Source: Mytilus edulis (taxonomy: Eukaryota). From it: 64,000 nt of DNA. Both the position numbers and the translations under genes were made by a program. Location: positions 109,678,001-109,742,000 of the forward strand of contig NC_092344.1 in assembly GCF_963676685.1 (NCBI RefSeq). Direction: 5' to 3'. The stretch's first letter is position 1, and each line of letters begins with the position of its first letter. This document shows positions 56,880 to 64,000 of this stretch, in pieces. The notes beneath the pieces were generated by a model. It saw only the letters and a program-made list of their open reading frames with translations, searched no databases and had not been told where the DNA came from.

Positions 56880-59577
56880 TCACGGTTCCTCTTCACCAGA
56901 CTCATATAATTGAATATTGTCTCCATTATTTCTGATGCTGCTTCCGGTTAATTCAGCTCGATAATCAGAATAATAGATTTCTTCGTACTCCCAGTATCTA
57001 TCTAGTCTATTTTTGAATGAGTTTATAGATGGCGCTTTAGTTACTTTATCTGGTAACTTGTTCCATAATTTGGCTATTCTTACAGAAAAACTGTTTTTCC
57101 TCAGACTTGTTTTGAATCGTTGGTGAATGATTTTATTACTGTTTACTCTTGTGCTATGTCTATTTTCAGTGCTTGAAATTAATTTAAGGAATGAACTCGT
57201 TTCTGGATCGTAATTACCATTTAGTATCTTATATGTCTCAATCATGTCCCCTCGGACCCTTCGATATGACAATGTTGGCAGCTTAAGTTTTTTCAGTCTT
57301 TCCGGGTAGCTCAGTTTATTGAATCCTGGTATCTGTCGTGTTGCCCTTTTTTGTACATTTTCGATTTTGTCGATGGATTTCTTTTTAAAAGGTGACCATA
57401 CAGAGCTAGCATAGTCTAAGTGTGTTCGCACTAATGTTTTGTATAGAGGTATGAAGATTTTTTCGTTTAAGTTTTTAAATGTCCTTCTGATTGCGGCAAA
57501 AGTTGAATTAGCTTTGTTCACTTTTTCGCATATGTGTCTTTCAAAGGTTAGATCTTCATCAATTACTACTCCAATATCTTTCTCTTCTTGACATTTACTT
57601 ATATCATGACCTAATAGTTTGTAACTTGTCTTTTCTTCTCTTACCCCTCTACTTATATATATTTATGTGTTTGCATTTTTCTGGATGGAACTTCAACAGC
57701 CATGTATCACTCCATTTCTCGAGATTTTTTAGATCATCTTGCAATATAGTTTGATCTGTTTTGCTTTCAATAATTCTAAAGATTTTTGTGTCATCCGCGA
57801 ATAAGTAGGCATCTGATGTCACGCAATCTGGCAAATCATTTATGTATAGAACAAATAACAGACGACTGATGTGAGACTTACTGGTCTATAATTTTTAGCT
57901 TGTGATTTATTCCCTTTTTTGAATATTGCACTCACTAGGGCGCTTTTCCAATCCTTTGGAACTACTTTTTGTGTTAAAGATTGGCTAAAAATGATGCCAA
58001 GTGGTTCAGCTATACCTTCTTTGACTTCAAACAGCAGTCTTGGGTGTAAATTATCAGGGCCGGGTGATTTATCCGTTTTTATTTTCTGTAGGTGTTTCAA
58101 AACCAAATCAGTGCCAATATTTAGTTCCTCTATTTTTTTATCGAATGGAATATGCTTAGGCTCTGGAATATTGCCTTGTGGTTCATTAGTGAATACGCTT
58201 GTAAAATATTCTGATAGTATCTCAGCCTTTTGTTTATTGTCATCTGTTTTTTTCGGATTTTACATCTTCTGTATCTACATGTAGGCCCCCTATACCTTCC
58301 CTGGTCTTTGATTTGGATTTTATGTAGCTCCATATAGCCTTTGGGTTTCTTTTGGCATTTTCAGATAATCCTTTTTCGAATAATTTCTTTTGTTTATTGA
58401 CTGATGTTTTGGCCTGGTTTCTGACTTTATTGTATTCAGCTCTTGTTTCTGGATCTTGTTTAGTTATAATTTTTTTGGATAGAATATTTTTCCTTCTAAT
58501 TAACTCTCTCGTCTTTTTATCTATTGGGAATACATTTCTCTTTTTTCCTATTTGTGTCATAGTTTTTGTTGGTACAAATCTGCTCTCTAATTCTTTTAAA
58601 ATGGTTAAAAAATAATTCCAATTTTTATCAATGGAATTTTCCGCATTAAGCTTATTATGCCAGTCTATTTTATTCAGCTCTTGAATAAATTCTTTGTAAT
58701 TTCCATGATTGTACAGATTAGCTATTTTCGGTGCTCTTTTTATATTTACATAACAGTTAAAATCAAAGGATAGGACGCAGTGGTCACTTTTTCCAAGCGG
58801 GCTCATATATTCTAGGTTTGAAATCATCTCTTCTTCATTTGTGATTAGTAAGTCAAGTGTATGGGGTGTGTCAGCTCCTCTCCATCGTGTTGGTTTTGTT
58901 GTGTGTTGGTACAGGAAATTATCTTGTAGTGCTTCCAGAAATTTATTTTCAGTGCTGTTTGGTCTATCCCCCTTTGTGTTCCATGTTTCCCAGTTTATTT
59001 CAGGATAATTAAAATCTCCCATAATGAGTATGTGTGAGTACCCCATATCTGTTGCCTCTGACATTAGGTTTACTAGCTTATCATTGTATTCCTTGGAACT
59101 GTTGGATGGGGTTCTATATATCAGACCCACAAGGAGTTTGTCATTTTGGTTAAGTTTTACTTTTATAAATAAATTTTCCTGAAACTCTGTCTTCACTGTA
59201 ATTTCTGTAGCTTCTAGGTTGGAGTCTACATACATTAAAAGGCCTCTTCCTTCATCTGACTTTATGTTTTTCTCAAACATTTTGTAATTTCTTACCTCTG
59301 GTATTGAATATTCCGCTGTTGATGGTTTATATCTATTTGCTTTCGGTTTTACTTCTGTTATACCAATGATATTTGGTTTGTTGTCTCTTGTACGAACGAT
59401 CAATTCTGACATTTTGTTGAATAGCTGATCTGCATTAGTATAAAAACAGTTCAATTTTGGTAGAACTGTAAAGTTATTTACATTGCCGTTAAAAACCTTT
59501 CCCTTCTTTTGTACATTTGTACTTACATTTTTTGTCTCTCTTTTCACCTTTTTATTTTTACTACTTTCCTCGCCCAT
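56880..59577 (-). pseudogene. CR1 ORF2 endonuclease-reverse transcriptase, frameshifted and internally deleted
   Basis: APE motifs (YTNAD, GITE, MGDFNYP, LDLL, SDH); KSPGPD; YRPVSLTS; LFADDTKI; CR1-type C-terminus (RGDMIETYKI, WNKLP, FKNRLD). Confidence 0.88.
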
Positions 59578-60521
59578 GGCGGTCCCCGCACTTTGAACAG
59601 TAAGTCCCCCGAGTTGTTTTCTTGAAGTTTTTTTGCCTCAGCCCACAGTCTCTTTTCTTCTTCTCTCTCACTTTTAGTAAGGTCATTGCTTACATTTACT
59701 TTTTGGTATTTGGGATATGATCTAATATAATGCATGTTTCTAAATAGGGTTAGTTTTGAGTCTATGCTCTTCAAATGGACTAATAGAGGTCTATTTGTTT
59801 TTTCTTTATCATATTTCCCTAGTCTTTGTGTTTTTCTGATGTTTTCAATATCCAATGTTATCTTGGCATCTTTAAAGAGTTGGACTATATTCTCTACATC
59901 ATGTTCTATTCTCTCTTGTTTATTTTCCGACTCATTTTCTGTTATTCCAAATATGATCAGATTATTTTCCCTTGTTTTTCTCTCATTTATTTCCTCTAGT
60001 ACTGTGGTTACTGTTCCTTGATTTGGTAGCACTCCACCTTCAATATCCTCGGATACAACATTAGCTACTGCCCCTCCATTTAATGCTTCTTCTTTAGCTA
60101 TTTCTCTTACTCTTTCCTCGTCACATTTGTGTTTTATAATCTCTTGGCTTACTATATCTCTTACTTCTTCTTTATCACATTTCTTTTCTATGGCGATTTC
60201 TATATCATTTATTCTTTGCTCATAGTTGTCCATGATCTCTCGGCATCTCTCTTCGATTTTCAGATCAGTAACTATGTGTTCTTCAACTACTTGTCTACAT
60301 GGGGCGCAGAACCACATTGTGTCTGATTTGCTTAATATTTCATATTCAGTTTTTGATTTATTTAAGCATTTTATGCAAAAATGCTCTTTACATCTTTGAC
60401 ATTCAAGGAGTTTAGCGTCTTCATTTTTATATATCTTTTGGCATATTTTGCATTCCCATGGGTCTTCCTTTTTTTGATCGCTTGTTACATTTGAAGTAGA
60501 TTTATTCCTTCTTGTTGCCAT
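59544..60521 (-). CDS. CR1 ORF1 protein: PHD finger, coiled coil, RRM-like nucleic-acid-binding domain
   Basis: CKIC...CQRC..HFC.KC...WFCAPC (PHD-like); RENNLIIFGITE...RLGK...RPLLV...NDLTKSER. Confidence 0.85.
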   Translation of the reverse strand: MATRRNKSTSNVTSDQKKEDPWECKICQKIYKNEDAKLLECQRCKEHFCIKCLNKSKTEYEILSKSDTMWFCAPCRQVVEEHIVTDLKIEERCREIMDNYEQRINDIEIAIEKKCDKEEVRDIVSQEIIKHKCDEERVREIAKEEALNGGAVANVVSEDIEGGVLPNQGTVTTVLEEINERKTRENNLIIFGITENESENKQERIEHDVENIVQLFKDAKITLDIENIRKTQRLGKYDKEKTNRPLLVHLKSIDSKLTLFRNMHYIRSYPKYQKVNVSNDLTKSEREEEKRLWAEAKKLQENNSGDLLFKVRGPPWARKVVKIKR

Positions 60522-60548
60522 ATCTACTACTATAGTTAATTTATTTAT

Positions 60549-61234
60549 TTTTATATAGGGCTTCCCTAAATGAAAATATATTAATTTATTTTTTTATTTC
60601 ATATAATAGAGCTTCTCTATTGTTAAAATAAGAAATGAGTTATTAATATTTTTATCTAGTATTTTAAAATTTAGGGCTTCCCTGAAATATAAATTTCTCT
60701 AGATAATATTATTTATTTTCCTGATATTAGATAGAGCTTCTCTATCTATAATTTTTTTTTCTAAGCTTGTTGTCCCTTTATTCCGCTCTTTCCTATGTCC
60801 TATATTAGGGCTTCCCTAATAGAATTGATCGTTAAGTTGTAATCTCCTTTCTATTTATCAGGACGAATAGGGCTTCCCTATTCGAACTAAATAAGTATGA
60901 AGTATGTTAATGCTAGATAGAGCTTCTCTATCTATTCTAGACCCCCTGTTAATTATTCTTATTTGTTCTATACTTAGTTTTGCTAGCTATCTCTGTATGG
61001 TCTTTTATGTTGTTAATTCCTAGAAAAAACAGGGCTTCCCTATTTTTCTAATATTTTTATTCAATTTTTAATTAACTTTTTATTCTATGATATAATAGGG
61101 CTTCCCTATTCTTTTTATTAGTTGAGTGATGTTGTTGATTTTCCTCTTTGCTTTATAATTAAGGCTTCCTTAATTATATTGCGCAGATCAATTATTTCGG
61201 ATCTAGTATGTTAAACAAGGCTTCCTTATTTAAC
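60549..61234. repeat. Array of 11 stem-loops with invariant GCTTC (minus strand GAAGC) loop motif
   Basis: ctt loops at 60561, 60612, 60677, 60737, 60811, 60873, 60923, 61035, 61101, 61165 and 61221, each centred in a palindrome. Confidence 0.9.
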
Positions 61235-61275
61235 TATTTTTCTTGTTTTTATTGTCTATTTTGCTGGCTATTTAA

Positions 61276-61813
61276 TTAGCATCCTTGCTCTGACAGTTCA
61301 AGTGCTAAATCTATGAATTTCAACATCCACAATTTATTTACAGCTCTTATGGGATGTACTCCGTCCGATGTTAGGTTGAAATTCTTTCTATATTTAACTT
61401 TAGTGTCTCTTTTTGTCTTGTTTGAAAGGATAAAATCTTGAGAAATTCTTGGTGTAGAATAAAGGCGGTTGATCAATTTTAGGTGGTCGTTAAAGTAGTC
61501 AATCTGTTCACTTAGTTCTTTGTCTATGTTTGTTGCCAATTGGACTTTTCTGTGACCTTTGGTGGCTTTATTTACCAGGAGTGACGGATATGTCTTTTTT
61601 TTTACTATTCACAATTAAGTTAATTGAATCTTTAGGTTTATTGGCCCTTGTGATCGAATAGTATGGACACTCTATAAAAAGCACTGTGGCAGATGGTTTT
61701 GTTGTTATGATTTGTTGTTTGAGATCCCTATAGTGTGTTAAAGTTTCTTCTATATTTTGATACGGTGATTTTCTAAACTGGATGGTTTTGTTAATTTCTT
61801 TTACATATATCAA
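61276..61813 (-). pseudogene. SGNH hydrolase/esterase-like ORF (ORF0), 5'-truncated and frameshifted
   Basis: VLFIECPYYSI...IDYFNDHLKLIN...LTSDGVHP..VNKLW (SGNH block V DxxH); the two ORF-track pieces are out of frame, probably at the T10 run near 61594. Confidence 0.6.
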
Positions 61814-63397
61814 TTATTGGTGTGCTATTAGGTGTGCTGTCCAATAAAAGCAGGTCCAGACGGTAACAGACGATGGGTCATCATATTCATACTTTTTTTT
61901 TACGAATTTCTGATTTCTTTGATATTTAATCATTATAATCAATAAAATCTCAAATTAATCATACTATACTTTGTTTAACCTATTTATAATTTTTTTGTAT
62001 ATTATGTTTGAAAATTATTTTGGGCGCCGTGATCAGCAAACTAATATTTCTTTGTTTGTTTGTTTTAACTGATTGAGCATTTGATTTTGACATTTGATAA
62101 AGGACTTTCCGTTCTGAATATTTGTACTTTTAATCTGGTGGTGGATTACTCATTGATTGAGGTGCTCCTTCAGTATTGGAGGAAGATATGGAATACAAGT
62201 TACAAGTTACATCGGAGTTCGATATTTTTGATTTTTTTTCTTTTTTCTAAGTAAAGATAATATTGAATTAGTATCTCAATAATTTGCAAACCGTATACCA
62301 AAATATTGTAAGAGACAGGGTTCATTATCGGAATTCATACCATGTTTATCCGAAAGCGGATTTATTTTTTAAATTTCTACTGGTATTTAAAAAATAAGGG
62401 AAATAAGAAATGTCAAACAGGGAACTAGTAAAAAATGTTCAGAGTCAAAAGTATGCTTTCTTTCAGGAACTTTCTCCGTTTTTGAAGAAGACTTAATTTG
62501 ACATCAAATTTTTTTGGGCATTAGGATTTCTGGTAACTATATTTTCTGAAATTAGACTTTTACAGACCAATAACATAACACAATCATCCCAAAAAATATA
62601 GAATGGAAGCACTGCAAATTAGGGAACGCCCATTACTTCAAGGGGGCGGGGTGGTATGGTGTTTTCCTAAAAAAAATATTCTGATCCCCAATTTGATGAA
62701 AAAAGATAATCTGATCAAGCAAAACTAATGACAAAAAATGTTCTGAATACAGATACCACTGTAGTTTGTACCTTTGCAACTCTCGAGGGGAGCTTCAAAT
62801 AACACCCCAACCCAAATATACATTGGTGTTGGGGTGTTATCCAATAATTTGTAACTTTGATATATTTTGAACACATGAAATTAGTAATATGAGGCATGCA
62901 TATAAGTGTTACCTGTGAAAGGGGACAAAGTAAACCTATGGAATACTTTGAGATATCATGTTAACTGTAGATGTATTATATAAACATTTACCATGTACAA
63001 AAAATGTATACATTTACATGTATTGTAAAAATTTCCAGCATGATTTCTGGTAAAAAAGTAATTGAAATACAGAAATATATCCTATGTTTATCCAGTCAGT
63101 AGGAAGTTTATGTATGATGTAATTTTTAATGTATTAAAACAAAGAAATGCTATCTTCAGGTAGCATTTTACCTTTCTCTTGTTTTAAAATATATTTTGAT
63201 TAAAAAACATATTAATTTATGCAAGACAAGAGTCAAATGAGATAATTTGTTCTGATAAATATCAAAATCTAAAATGGCAATTATAAATCTTTTTGAATAA
63301 GACAATGTACCAGAATTCAAACTAGACCTTGCAAACTTGCTGCTTTCATTGAACAGTGTGCTTTCAAATAATGCTGTGTTTAATTTTGTAGAGAATT

Positions 63398-63579
63398 ATG
63401 ACAACCATGGAGGAATATAGAGACCTTCAGGAAAAGTTTGTAGCCAACCACACAGGAACCAGTGTATTAGAAATTTCAGTAGTTTTATCTGTACCAGTTG
63501 TGTCTGTATTTCTTAGAAGAGCTTTACTGCTAGCCTTTCATATTCATGCACAGACTTCATTTGGACAGTCAAGTTTTTG
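63398..63579 (+). CDS. PIGW: Phosphatidylinositol-glycan biosynthesis class W (GPI inositol acyltransferase), first coding exon
   Basis: EEYRDLQEKFVANHTGTSVLEI resembles the PIG-W/Gwt1 N-terminus (YK..KE.FVSN..GTS..EI); ttgtag acceptor before the ATG, gtatag donor. Confidence 0.75.
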
Positions 63580-64000
63580 GTATAGTATTTTTCTGTAAAT
63601 TTTTTCCATGATTAAAAAACATTTTGAACAAGAATGAAATAAAATAAAAGCACCTTTTAATAACAGAATTTAAGTTTTTTTCAAATACATGTACATATAC
63701 ATGTAACAAAAAATAAATAAAAACAAATGACAAAATTTAAATTGCTTCTACTTAATTAACTGATGTCGAACCTATCCACTAACATGTCATATGCTACTTA
63801 TACTATGTAGCTAATACAATTAAATAAAAGATATGCATGTTTTAGTAAAGCATACTTTTACATCTACGTTTATCATAAACTTGAGAATGGAAATAGGGAA
63901 TGTGTCAGAGAGACAACCCAACCAAAGATCAGAAATACTGCTGAAGGCCACTCATAGAAAATCTCACCTTGAGGCGTGCTTCAGCTGGCCCCTAAACAAA

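Larger units (their letters stand above)
56830..61813 (-). mobile_element. Near full-length CR1-type LINE: SGNH ORF0, hairpin-array spacer, PHD ORF1, APE-RT ORF2 (disabled)
   Basis: Collinear ORFs on the minus strand; short atcattaag repeat at the 3' end; 5' boundary uncertain. Confidence 0.85.

Noticed and set aside
60549-61234. CRISPR array interpretation of the hairpin array
   Set aside because: Eukaryotic LINE context, no cas genes, and the repeats conserve only the loop and structure rather than a full repeat sequence.

Overview
AT-rich, intron-containing eukaryotic genomic DNA. The repeat content suggests a bivalve mollusc, probably a mussel (inference). Host genes, in order: the last five coding exons of mitochondrial L-threonine 3-dehydrogenase (+, 358-3847); four tandem three-exon XK-related (Xkr/CED-8) scramblase genes (-, 8007-42094); a complete alpha-tubulin gene (-, 48499-51972); and the first coding exon of PIG-W (+, 63398). 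The rest is dense in mobile DNA: a near full-length CR1-type LINE, a 5'-truncated RTE-X LINE with a TSD, Penelope-like RT fragments, retrozyme-type repeats with type I hammerhead ribozymes, Helentron-derived elements carrying satellites, SINEs and small MITEs. Most unusual signals: (1) an array of 11 regularly spaced stem-loops with an invariant G-CTT-C / G-AAG-C loop and covarying stems, between an SGNH-esterase ORF and the PHD ORF1 of the CR1 element; (2) N-terminal DxxD-G/A caspase-type sites in all four Xkr paralogues; (3) an apparently intact hammerhead ribozyme; (4) a tRNA-headed, self-complementary 442-bp unit in tandem and inverted copies.
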